From NCBI GenBank assembly GCA_029259185.1, contig JAPDJF010000036.1, positions 1 through 37,475 on the forward strand: DNA of 37,475 nt, read 5' to 3'. Every line of letters starts with the position of its first letter. The stretch's first letter is position 1. The notes below the pieces were generated by a model, which saw only the letters and a list, made by a program, of their open reading frames with translations, had not been told where the DNA came from and ran no database searches. Below, one piece after another: positions 27,143-36,080 of the stretch. This stretch comes from Hadesarchaea archaeon. Lineage in GTDB: Archaea > Hadarchaeota > Hadarchaeia > Hadarchaeales > WYZ-LMO6. The translations under genes and the position numbers were made by a program.

Positions 27143-28653
27143 TTCTTTCTCCTCCCTAAAAGTCTTGAGATGTCTTCACTCGTGAGTATCCCTTTTACCT
27201 CCATCCCGCTATTGACCACAGGTACACCCGAGATCTTGTGCTTTTCCAGCGTCCTGGCCACGAAGTCGACCGGTTCATCTTCATGGGCTGTAATAACCCT
27301 TGTCGTCATTACTTCAGAAAGTCTGTTTTTCTTCGTCCCTATGGAAGTAGCGATGTCCCAAGATGTCACTATACCAATGAGCTTTCCTTTTTCGTCAACG
27401 ATCGGCAAATGATCGATATTTTTCTCCCTCAGGATCTTGGCTGCCTCCGCGATCGGATAGTCCGCCCTGCCCGTTATCACCTCTTTTGTCATCACGTCCC
27501 TGACCAAAGGAGTAACTTCAGCCTGCTTCATCGGCCTACAAACGCTATCGCTCGGTAATCTTTGGAGAGGTTGGGATAACAAAAATTCTCCTCTCTCTAT
27601 CCACTCCTTCAGGGTTAAGGCTATTTCTCTAGCCAACTTGAAGCTTCCTAGTGGGCTAACCGGGACCGACTTACCAGCGAGCTCGATTTCGCCCGATCTG
27701 AGTTCCGCATACGAAACCTCTCTCAGCACGGGTCTATCCCTCCTGGGGACACCGTAGTCCAGAACTTCTGTCTTTATTTGGGTCTCATCGAGCCCAGCAC
27801 TCTGGGCGATCCTTTCGTTGAGGATCGGGATGGGAACTCCGAGTCCTACATAAAGTGATGTCCCATACCGATGGATGGTGCACCCACGCAGATACCGAGG
27901 TTTCATCTGCTTCAGATCCCCCACCACCGCTATCGTTCCCAGTCCCCGCTTTGGGTCGTGCTGGGTCCCTTCCCAGAATATGTATCCCTTCCCTCCACCT
28001 AGGAATATCCGTGTACCTATTCCTATCGTCTCGTAAGTGGGATCTTTGGTGAGAGGGCTCAGCACCCCAGCTCCGGAAAAGGTGACATTTCCAAAATTCG
28101 GTAAAAGCATTCCCATATAGGTGTAGATCGTTTCATCACGTGAATTCGCGGCTGCACGGTAGCGCTGATAAGCGTTGCGTGGGCTACAGAGTATTGCCTG
28201 ATTCAGATCCTCGATCGTGATCACCGTCTCTATTTCCTTCCTAGGATAGCAGTCAGTACTATACCCCCTACCGCGGAGTACCACTTCCCTACCTCGGACC
28301 AAATCTTCGATGACATGCCCTCCACCGTACTCCATTCCCCTGCTCACAGACATAGAAGTGGCACCAATGTACGTATCCACCGCGGCGAGCCCAGCATAGG
28401 CAGGTACATCATTCAGGTATATCTCCCCCCCACCGAACTTGATCGGGGGATCCGAGTGACCAAAATTCAAGAATGCACCGGAGCTGCACATCGCCCCGAA
28501 TGTACCGGTTGTGACCACATCGACTTCTCTCGCTGCCTTGACCGAACCTTTTTCCTTAACTATCTGAACCATCTCCTCTGCCGTTACCACTACCGCATCG
28601 CCGCTCCGTATGCGCTCGTTTATGTACTCAATCGTTTTCTTTACCTCGGTCAT
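27139..28653 (-). CDS. L-aspartate semialdehyde sulfurtransferase (DUF39 + CBS pair; MA1821/MJ0100-like)
   Basis: VDVVTTGTFGAMCSSGA, YGGGHVIE, TDCYPR, YTYMG.LLP, C-terminal tandem CBS domains. Confidence 0.93.
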   Translation of the reverse strand: MTEVKKTIEYINERIRSGDAVVVTAEEMVQIVKEKGSVKAAREVDVVTTGTFGAMCSSGAFLNFGHSDPPIKFGGGEIYLNDVPAYAGLAAVDTYIGATSMSVSRGMEYGGGHVIEDLVRGREVVLRGRGYSTDCYPRKEIETVITIEDLNQAILCSPRNAYQRYRAAANSRDETIYTYMGMLLPNFGNVTFSGAGVLSPLTKDPTYETIGIGTRIFLGGGKGYIFWEGTQHDPKRGLGTIAVVGDLKQMKPRYLRGCTIHRYGTSLYVGLGVPIPILNERIAQSAGLDETQIKTEVLDYGVPRRDRPVLREVSYAELRSGEIELAGKSVPVSPLGSFKLAREIALTLKEWIERGEFLLSQPLQRLPSDSVCRPMKQAEVTPLVRDVMTKEVITGRADYPIAEAAKILREKNIDHLPIVDEKGKLIGIVTSWDIATSIGTKKNRLSEVMTTRVITAHEDEPVDFVARTLEKHKISGVPVVNSGMEVKGILTSEDISRLLGRRKK

Positions 28654-28703
28654 GCCGATGTTACTTCTTGAAACTTCTCGTTTTAAAAGCTTTTTGGCAT
28701 TAA

Positions 28704-28738
28704 ATAACTCTGAGTTATAAATAATAACTCACAGTTTT
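28704..28738. promoter_or_regulatory. Tandem operator ATAACTC-N-GAGTTAT between divergent DUF39-CBS and HTH-CBS genes
   Basis: Perfect palindrome at 28704-28718 and an imperfect copy ATAACTCACAGTTTT 20 bp downstream. Confidence 0.65.
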
Positions 28739-28785
28739 TAAAAACGGGGAAAAATTTATGATCCCTCCCCCTACGGTATTTCGAG

Positions 28786-29421
28786 ATGGAAAGATTGATT
28801 CGGCCATCCGAGATCAAGCCTCTGCGGGTGAAACTTGGCTTGACCCAAGCTCAGCTTGCCAGATTGTCGGGAGTGACCCAAGCATATATAGCGAAAATCG
28901 AAGCCGGACTCGCGGATCCAAAGATTTCGACCATTGAGAGGATTTCAAATGCCCTCGCCAGATCCGTTCCTGCTAGGAGCGGAGGGAAAAAAGGACTCAC
29001 CGCTGAACAGATGATGACCTCACCGATAATTCACGTGAAGCGGGGCGATACGATAAGGCACGCCATAAAGCTCATGCGGACTCACGATATCTCCCAATTA
29101 CCGGTACTCGAAGGTGGGATACAGGTAGGTTCAATATCCGAAGCCATTCTCATGAAAAAGATAACCGCGGGGGGGAATGTCGAAAAACTCGTTAGGAGCA
29201 CGGTAGAGAGGATGATGGAAGCACCATTCCCAACCGTGAACAGGGATACTAATGCATACATCGTGTACTCCATCCTCGAACATAGTCCAGCCGTTCTCGT
29301 GGTGGATCGGAGCCGTGCGGTGGGGATCATCACCAAGGCTGATGTGCTCCGGTTGATGGTGAAGCCAAAACATGTGGAGAGAGGTGCAACAAGGAAATAT
29401 CGAGATCTCGTTAAAGGGTGA
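28786..29421 (+). CDS. XRE-type HTH + CBS-pair transcriptional regulator (COG3620-like)
   Basis: LGLTQAQLARLSGVTQAYIAKIEAG.ADP, then ISQLPV and GIITKAD CBS motifs. Confidence 0.9.
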   Translation: MERLIRPSEIKPLRVKLGLTQAQLARLSGVTQAYIAKIEAGLADPKISTIERISNALARSVPARSGGKKGLTAEQMMTSPIIHVKRGDTIRHAIKLMRTHDISQLPVLEGGIQVGSISEAILMKKITAGGNVEKLVRSTVERMMEAPFPTVNRDTNAYIVYSILEHSPAVLVVDRSRAVGIITKADVLRLMVKPKHVERGATRKYRDLVKG

Positions 29422-29431
29422 AAGGGAAAAC

Positions 29432-30514
29432 ATGAATCAAGCAGGGGATCCGCAAACGATGAAGATAGAGCTCCTTTGCCGGGGGGCGCGAACCAAGGGA
29501 ATTTACAGGGGGAGGAGATGGGGAGCTGGCCCCTCGGGTGGCAGGTGTGTGATGTTCCAAGATGGTGATGTTCTTAACATCCCATTGAGGGGGAGATTCG
29601 TCAAAAAATCCCCGTTCGAACTGAAAGGGAAAGACGGAAGGTGGGAAGTGTATAGGTCTGGAAAAGCTATGACTAGTGTATCACCCATTCCCTTGCCTAG
29701 GTTTTACCAGAAGAGGACCTCGGACGGAATTCCTATGTACAAAGTAGCCAAGCTCCACGGTAAAGATTGCCTGGCCACCACCCTCCTCTCAACTTGCTGG
29801 AGATGGAGACAAGGCAAGGCATGCAAGTTCTGTGCGATAGAAATCCATGGAGAGAAAAGGCCGCTAATAAGAAAAAGCGGGAAACAGCTGGCCGAAGCAG
29901 CCAAAGTCGCGATGGAAGAGGGGGTAGCGAAACACATGACGATAACCACGGGAACCAATCCCTCCCCCGACAGGGGTGCGATGATGCTAGCGGGAGTTGT
30001 GGAGGAGATCAAGGGCTCGGTGGAAATTCCTATCGAAGTTCACCTAGAACCCCCCGAGGATCTGGAAGTTCTGGATACCCTGAGGGGGGCTGGGGTGGAT
30101 GGGGTGGGAATCCATCTGGAGTTCTTCGACGAAAAGATTCGGAAGGAGGTATGTCCCGGAAAAGCTGAGATCGGGAGGGAGGAATACATCAAATCTTGGA
30201 AAGAGGCTGTGAGAACATTCGGTAGGCTCCAAGTTAGCTCTTTCCTCATAGTCGGCCTCGGGGAATCCGAGCAAAGTGTTGTTGGCGGAATCGAAACACT
30301 CTGCAAGCTGGGGGTGGTTCCCCATGTCGTTCCCTTCAGACCGATTCCGGGTACCCCGCTCGGTGATCTGGATCCGCCCGATCCTAAACGTCTGGTAAAG
30401 ATATATGAAGAGATGGAGCGAATGTACAAACGCTATAGGATATCTCCTCGGAAAGTGAGAAGTGGTTGTGCTAGGTGTAGGGCCTGTGGGATCGACGCAC
30501 TAATTCCGTTCTAG
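29432..30514 (+). CDS. Radical SAM protein, MSMEG_0568-like
   Basis: HGKDCLATT, Cx8Cx2C (CWRWRQGKACKFC), ITTGT, PFRPIPGTP, C-terminal GCARCRAC. Confidence 0.82.
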   Translation: MNQAGDPQTMKIELLCRGARTKGIYRGRRWGAGPSGGRCVMFQDGDVLNIPLRGRFVKKSPFELKGKDGRWEVYRSGKAMTSVSPIPLPRFYQKRTSDGIPMYKVAKLHGKDCLATTLLSTCWRWRQGKACKFCAIEIHGEKRPLIRKSGKQLAEAAKVAMEEGVAKHMTITTGTNPSPDRGAMMLAGVVEEIKGSVEIPIEVHLEPPEDLEVLDTLRGAGVDGVGIHLEFFDEKIRKEVCPGKAEIGREEYIKSWKEAVRTFGRLQVSSFLIVGLGESEQSVVGGIETLCKLGVVPHVVPFRPIPGTPLGDLDPPDPKRLVKIYEEMERMYKRYRISPRKVRSGCARCRACGIDALIPF

Positions 30515-30519
30515 AGAGA

Positions 30520-31728
30520 TCATCGAAGCCATTTTCTCCAAGCCGCAAACTCTCCACCTAACAAACTCAGTGCTACTGTTATTCGCTGAGCGTGCCTAGT
30601 CCCCTCCGCTATACCAGCTTGCCTGACCGTATTAAATGCCCGATAGACCGAGTATTCGGCCGTCGTTCCTATTCCTCCGTACCACTCGAGCACATCACTC
30701 AGAGCTTTCATACAGTCATCCGTAGCTATCGTTCTGACCAACGCACCCGCGAACAACACATCTTCGAGCTTGGCTTCCCCTTTCAGGTATCTGTCCATCA
30801 TCCAAGCTGCTCGGTAACACATCCATTTACAAGCTTGGATCCTGGAGTAGTCTTCTGCCAATTCGAACTGGATGCCTTCGAAAGCGGCTATCGGTCGCCC
30901 AAATGCCTGGCGTTGTTTTATGTACTCTATCCCTTGCTCAAGTGCTGCCTCTGTTGATGCTATCTGGCTCATGGCGGTGGCTACCCTAGCTCTGGCGAAA
31001 GATTCATAGGTGAGCGGCACTCCCTGGCCCTCCTTTCCAAGCAGACAATACTCTGGAACCCTTGTCCCATCGTACTTTATCCCACCTAGATCCACACCCA
31101 TCCCACGGTAATCCTGGAATGTCATCCCGTTAGAGTCTGCTGGGATGTAGAGCAGACTCATCCCCCTCGCCCTCTGCCTGAACTCCGGATTGGTATTCAC
31201 GGTGGTTATGAACCCCCCACCATACTTTCGAGTCTCGGGAACGCAACTCACCATGAGCTTCTCTCCGTTCACCACATACTCCCCATTTTTTCTGTCCGCC
31301 GTCGTCACTATTCTAGTGAAGTCCGTTCCACATCCTGGCTCGGTGGAATGAAGAGGAGTTATCCAACCCTTCTCTACGACATTCGGGAGAACCTCCTCCT
31401 TTAATCTCTCGGTGCCGTGGACTTCAATACTCTTGACACAACTCGCCCCATACCACGCTGCTATGGAACCGAACCCTGATCGATCGGCTTTCGCGAGTTC
31501 TTCGACCGCTATTATGTAGGTCAAGAAGTCCGCATTCCCACCACCCCAGTCTTCTGAAATGAGCAAGCCAAAGAAGCCGAATTCCGTTAAAGCCTTATGT
31601 ACATCTGGTGTCAGGCTCCTGTTCTCGATCATCTCTTTCTCCTTTGGAGTAACGTGCTTGGCACAGTACTCTTTGAACTGTCTTCTGAAGATCTCCTGCT
31701 CCTCTGTAAAAGTAAAATCTAACGCCAT
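30520..31728 (-). CDS. Acyl-CoA dehydrogenase
   Basis: STEPGCGTD, NGEK, RQAFGRPI..F, IAEGT with the catalytic Glu. Confidence 0.92.
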   Translation of the reverse strand: MALDFTFTEEQEIFRRQFKEYCAKHVTPKEKEMIENRSLTPDVHKALTEFGFFGLLISEDWGGGNADFLTYIIAVEELAKADRSGFGSIAAWYGASCVKSIEVHGTERLKEEVLPNVVEKGWITPLHSTEPGCGTDFTRIVTTADRKNGEYVVNGEKLMVSCVPETRKYGGGFITTVNTNPEFRQRARGMSLLYIPADSNGMTFQDYRGMGVDLGGIKYDGTRVPEYCLLGKEGQGVPLTYESFARARVATAMSQIASTEAALEQGIEYIKQRQAFGRPIAAFEGIQFELAEDYSRIQACKWMCYRAAWMMDRYLKGEAKLEDVLFAGALVRTIATDDCMKALSDVLEWYGGIGTTAEYSVYRAFNTVRQAGIAEGTRHAQRITVALSLLGGEFAAWRKWLR

Positions 31729-31846
31729 CCCTTTACTCCGAAAAAAGATTATTTAACTCTATCGGCTGCGAACTCAAGAACTCAGAGAGCTTTCACTCTT
31801 TGAGAAAAAATTAAAAGTTAAGACCCATCGAAAGACTGGGGTTAAA

Positions 31847-32410
31847 TCAGCTGCCCTTAATGACCCTTGTTAGGCTCGTCATTACGGGTGCCAACTTCAT
31901 CCCAATAGCCATACTGCCTTCCATCGTATACTGCTTAGCCATGAACCCTTTGATTGGATCGACGGTGCCCGCAAACATTCCTACCAGAACTTTCGTCGGT
32001 CCCCTCAGGGTCAAATCGGCTTTTGGCAGTAAATCAGTGCCACCCGAGATCTTACCTCCGCTTATCTTCAGGTGCCCCTTCAGCGGACTATCCGTAGCCT
32101 CAAAATTCACACCTATTTCCCCAGCACTCTTCAATTTGTTTTGGATATCCGCATTCTTCTCAGCGAGTATGCTTGCTCCTTCCCACAAAACATCCATGAA
32201 TTTACTCGACAACTCTGGTGCCTCACTCACAAATTTTCCGATGTCGATTTCGTTCATTTTGTTCATCAGTTTCGGTATCAGGTCGGGTACGGCTTCCATC
32301 AGCTTCCCAACATTTCCCTTCAACTGATCCATTAATGGTGGAAGGTTTGTCTTCAGTTCGTCTTCGGACATCTTCATGGCTTCTTCAACGGCTTTTTTTA
32401 GTTCCTCCAT
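31847..32410 (-). CDS. SCP2 sterol/lipid-carrier domain protein with a helical N-terminal extension
   Basis: C-terminal ADLTL...GTVDPIKGFM...MEGSMAIGMKL SCP2 pattern. ATG 32410 chosen because a TATA-like element lies just upstream. Confidence 0.8.
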   Translation of the reverse strand: MEELKKAVEEAMKMSEDELKTNLPPLMDQLKGNVGKLMEAVPDLIPKLMNKMNEIDIGKFVSEAPELSSKFMDVLWEGASILAEKNADIQNKLKSAGEIGVNFEATDSPLKGHLKISGGKISGGTDLLPKADLTLRGPTKVLVGMFAGTVDPIKGFMAKQYTMEGSMAIGMKLAPVMTSLTRVIKGS

Positions 32411-32493
32411 ACCGTTTCCACTTTTCCTAAAAGTATAAAAAGTTTGGGCCATTCGATGACCAAAGCCCGTAATCTCAGCTCGGGCTCAACCGC

Positions 32494-33693
32494 TCAGAAA
32501 GTTCTAGTCAGCTCCCGACCGAGGAGGAGTCGAGCTATGACGTTTTTCTGAACCTCCTTCGTTCCCTCCACGATCTCAAGAGACTTAGCGAACCTATACC
32601 ACCTTTCGAGATCACTCTCCACGTACCCGTATCCTGCATAGATGTCTATCGCCAAATCACAAGCCTGAACTGCCGTTTTGGCCCCAAACCACTTCGCCAT
32701 CGATGCTATTTTCACCGACTCCTCCCCGTAGAGCGCAGGGTTCTCCCTCGCCTTCTGGACCATCCACGCCGCACGATAACACAGAGATTTTAGCATCTCA
32801 ATCTGGGTGGCCATCTCCACTATTCTGAAAGCCAAGGCCTGGAAACCACCTATCTTCCTCCCAAAAGCTTCCCTCTCGCTACAGTAAGATACTGCCTGCT
32901 CGAGGGCCGCCTCAGCCACCGCCGCGCTCTGCCACCCTATGGCTGTTCTAGTCGAATCCAAAAACATCATTCCTATGTAGAAACCCCTATTGAGATTCGA
33001 AGGACCACCCAAGATGTCATCATCCGTGACCCTCACATCATTGAATCTCACTTCAGCGGTTGGAGATGCAAACCAACCCATTTTGTCTTCGTATTTTCTC
33101 GCCTCTACGTTAGGAGTTTTTTCGATCACGAACTCCGTTTGCCCTCGATAAGGTCGATCCACTTTCATGTCCGTTTGAACAAGCGTCACGAACACCGAAG
33201 CCGTCGTCCCATTGGTTATGAACTGCTTCGTGCCGTTGATCACCCAATTGTCCCCTATTTTTTCGGCCCTCGTGTCCAAGAAACGAGAAATGTCGCTACC
33301 CCCTGCCGGTTCGGTGAAGCAACCTGCAGAGGTTATCTCTCCCTTGGCCAGTTTCGGTAACCATTTCGATTTCTGCTCATGGGTACCGGCTTCTGCTATC
33401 ATGTCCGCACCGAAAGTGCCAGCGAGGATCGCAGTCGCCACGGGTGGATCCGCTTTCACTAGTTCATAAACCACTAACATAGCATCAAACATGTTCAACC
33501 CCTGTCCTCCGTATTCTTCAGGCCAAGTCATCCCGATGTATCCCTGAGCGGCACACTTCCTATAGAGGTCCCACGGAAACTCCCCCTTCTCCTCGATTTC
33601 CTTGGCTTTAGGTCGGATTTCTTTTAAAGCAAATTCTCTAGCAGTTTGTTGCATTAACTTTTGTTCTTCCGTTAATTCGAAGTCTAAGGGCAC
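32494..33693 (-). CDS. Acyl-CoA dehydrogenase
   Basis: GTG start (MPLDFELTEEQ) after GGAG; TEPAGGSD, NGTKQFITNG, REAFGRKI, IVEGT. The track's longer ORF is read-through from TnpB debris. Confidence 0.92.
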   Translation of the reverse strand: MPLDFELTEEQKLMQQTAREFALKEIRPKAKEIEEKGEFPWDLYRKCAAQGYIGMTWPEEYGGQGLNMFDAMLVVYELVKADPPVATAILAGTFGADMIAEAGTHEQKSKWLPKLAKGEITSAGCFTEPAGGSDISRFLDTRAEKIGDNWVINGTKQFITNGTTASVFVTLVQTDMKVDRPYRGQTEFVIEKTPNVEARKYEDKMGWFASPTAEVRFNDVRVTDDDILGGPSNLNRGFYIGMMFLDSTRTAIGWQSAAVAEAALEQAVSYCSEREAFGRKIGGFQALAFRIVEMATQIEMLKSLCYRAAWMVQKARENPALYGEESVKIASMAKWFGAKTAVQACDLAIDIYAGYGYVESDLERWYRFAKSLEIVEGTKEVQKNVIARLLLGRELTRTF

Positions 33694-33799
33694 GTCATTT
33701 TTTCTCCAACCTTCTAATAAAATTTTTGGATGCCACGGCTTTGCGCAAATAGCCCCTGAGGCCAATTCCCGTGCTTGGAGGCTCGGAGTCCCCCTCAAG

Positions 33800-34255
33800 A
33801 GCCGAAAGCCCACGCCCCGTCCCTGAGCCAGTGGCCCAGGAACCCCTCTCCGAGACCGCGTGCCGTCGACGTTGTACTCGAGGCCACACGAGGGACATTT
33901 GAAGAAGCCTTGAGAGACCCTTCGTCCTTCGTTTCCGCAGCGGTGGCACGTTCGGCTGGTGTACGCCTCGCCGGCGTGCACCGCGGGGATCCCCCCCAGA
34001 GAGCCTTGTACTCGATGCACCTCGACAGCCGGTGGTGGGGCATCGGGTGCAAGATGCGCCTGAACCTCCGCCCCTTTGCCCGCTTGCGGATTCCCTTCAG
34101 ATCTCCTATCACGATAACCGAGTTCCGCTCCTTAGCCTCGTTGACGATCGCCCTCGAGATCTTGTGGCACAGGTCGTCTATTCGCCGGCGCTCGCTCTGC
34201 CTATCCGCTTGATCACCCGCAGCAGCTTGCGCTCGCCGAGTCGCTTTCGGAGCTC
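33800..34255 (-). mobile_element. tnpB: TnpB (IS200/IS605 family) pseudogene, C-terminal half
   Basis: RKRLGERKLLRVIKRIG, RRIDDLCHKISRAIV, IVIGDLKGIR, IEYKALW, EAYTSRTCHRCG...FKCPSCG; frameshifted and truncated at RuvC-III. Confidence 0.88.
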
Positions 34256-34322
34256 TCGCAGCTCGCGGATGGGCTTGGGCGGCACGTAGGCCTCGGGCAA
34301 CGAGCCGAGCTCGAGCAACCTA
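34250..34322 (-). mobile_element. IS110-family transposase fragment
   Basis: LLELGSLPEAYVPPKPIRELREL matches the IS110 motif that follows the DEDD domain. Confidence 0.6.
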
Positions 34323-34403
34323 CCTCCTCCATTTCTTGGTCTGAGGACGTGGCTAAAAGCGGTCGGCCAGCATTCCAATCAAGCCGTGGCTTGGAGCTTG
34401 GGG

Positions 34404-34469
34404 TGTAAAACAAAATGCACAGGATAGAATGTTTTAAAGCCGCGGATTCATATGTAAAACAAAATGCAC
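34404..34469. promoter_or_regulatory. 17-bp direct repeat flanking a TATA-like box
   Basis: TGTAAAACAAAATGCAC at 34404-34420 and 34453-34469, with TTTTAAA between them. Confidence 0.6.
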
Positions 34470-34483
34470 GGGAGGCTGGACTT

Positions 34484-36058
34484 TTGGCCCCTCAAGTTGT
34501 CCTAACGGTGGATCGAACTCTCGCATCTGAATACGGCGGTTCAATCTTCCTAGGATTCGCTGCCTGTGCTCCTAGGATCATTCCGGATTTCCTTTACCGC
34601 CTTTTCCTCTGTCCTCCCGTGAAGGCTAGAGAGCATATGGCTGTAGCTGCCCCGGCAGGGACAAGAAAGATGGAAGCCGCCCTGCTGGAAGCCGGAATCG
34701 ATGTCGTGGTGGCCCATCCTGAGCATTTGGAGGAGGTCATCGACGAAGATACCGAGGTGGTCGGAATAACTTCCAACGACCCAAGAGGATTTGGACCGGC
34801 CTCATCCACCTTTAGCAGCCTCCTGGGAAGAAAAACCTTCTCTGCCCTTTTCTTCGAGCGAACCGTCCAAAGGGCGAGAGAGATTTTGGACTCAAACGGG
34901 GGAGGAAAGCTAATAGCGGGTGGACCGGGTGCATGGCAGCTGGAGGACGAAGAAGTGTTAGACGAGTATGGCATCGACTGTGTGATCATAGGGGAGGGAG
35001 AAATCACCGGCGTGGAGATCGTCAAGCGTGCGCTTAGGGGGGAATCCATCCCACGAGTGGTTCATGGGGCGATGGTTCCCTTAGAGCGAATCCCAAATAT
35101 CAGACACCGAACGATCGGCGGTCTTGTTGAAATCTCCAGAGGCTGTGGAAGGGGGTGTCGATTTTGTCTCCCAAACCTTCGGGTTCTGAGATCCAGACCT
35201 CTGCAACGGATCTTAGAGGAAGTAGAAGTTAACTTGAGAGAGGGGGCGGAGGGTGCTTGTTTGCATGCGGAGGATGTCTTCCGCTATGGAGCGAAAGGTC
35301 CGATCCCGGATGAAAACAAAGTACTTCAGCTTTTTGATGGAGTCTCAAAGCTCACCCCTAATGTAGGGGTATCCCACTTCGCTTTCGCTTCTGTGGTGTG
35401 CAAGCCCGATTTGGTCAGAAAAATCACGGAACTTCTCGATAGCCGTGGGAGCGGATCCCCATGGTATTCTGGGCAGGTGGGGATCGAAACCGCCTCACCC
35501 GAACTCGTGAGACGGCACATGCCGGGGAAGCCTCTCCCGTTTAAGCCGGAGCAGTGGAGTGAAGTGGTTATCAAGGCGCACGAGATTTTGGCTGAAAACA
35601 GGTGGGTTCCCTGCTCTACCCTTATCTCCGGGCTTCCTAGCGAAACTCCCAAAGATGTCGAGCTGACAATCGAACTCGTTGAAAGATTGCGCGAGTTCAA
35701 GTCCCTCATCGTTCCCCTCTTCTTCGTTCCCATAGGTCAACTGAGGGGAGGTCAATTTTTCCTCAAAGAGCAAATGTTGCCCGAACACTGGAAGCTGCTC
35801 GCTGCATGCATAGAACACAACTTTCAGTGGGTGCCGAAGTTGGCAGAAGAAAATCTTCGCAACCGAATTCAAAAGTTCTTCATCAAAGAAGTAGTGCTAC
35901 GGTCTTTCCAGCGTCGGTTGAGAGAACCTTTAAAACTCATGAAGGAAGGAATTGATCCAACAGATGGAGTATCCCACGCATCCGTTCCTGGGCTACCTCT
36001 GTGGAAACCTAGCACGTATCAATCACATGTACATCCTCAATGTACTCGCTGCAGGTGA
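34484..36058 (+). CDS. Radical SAM protein with a B12-binding-like N-terminal region
   Basis: EISRGCGRGCRFC, GGPGAWQ, IGEGE, GIETAS. Probable TTG start at 34484 after GGAGG. Confidence 0.88.
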   Translation: MAPQVVLTVDRTLASEYGGSIFLGFAACAPRIIPDFLYRLFLCPPVKAREHMAVAAPAGTRKMEAALLEAGIDVVVAHPEHLEEVIDEDTEVVGITSNDPRGFGPASSTFSSLLGRKTFSALFFERTVQRAREILDSNGGGKLIAGGPGAWQLEDEEVLDEYGIDCVIIGEGEITGVEIVKRALRGESIPRVVHGAMVPLERIPNIRHRTIGGLVEISRGCGRGCRFCLPNLRVLRSRPLQRILEEVEVNLREGAEGACLHAEDVFRYGAKGPIPDENKVLQLFDGVSKLTPNVGVSHFAFASVVCKPDLVRKITELLDSRGSGSPWYSGQVGIETASPELVRRHMPGKPLPFKPEQWSEVVIKAHEILAENRWVPCSTLISGLPSETPKDVELTIELVERLREFKSLIVPLFFVPIGQLRGGQFFLKEQMLPEHWKLLAACIEHNFQWVPKLAEENLRNRIQKFFIKEVVLRSFQRRLREPLKLMKEGIDPTDGVSHASVPGLPLWKPSTYQSHVHPQCTRCR

Positions 36059-36080
36059 ACCACCCCAGCTTTCGGGGCTT
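36055..36080 (-). mobile_element. Orphan IS200/IS605-type right end (reRNA 3' end-like)
   Basis: The minus strand reads AAGCCCC-GAAAGCT-GGGG-TGGTTCAC: a subterminal hairpin followed by a TCAC end. Confidence 0.6.

Noticed and set aside
32494-34020. 508-aa zinc finger-ACAD fusion in the ORF track
   Set aside because: The N-terminal part is TnpB pseudogene plus intergenic DNA. The ACAD has its own GGAG RBS and GTG start at 33693 matching the usual xDFELTEEQ N-terminus.
33732-34390. 10-bp inverted repeat GCCACGGCTT/AAGCCGTGGC flanking the IS debris
   Set aside because: Short enough to arise by chance, it does not extend, and neither IS605 nor IS110 elements typically depend on such terminal repeats.
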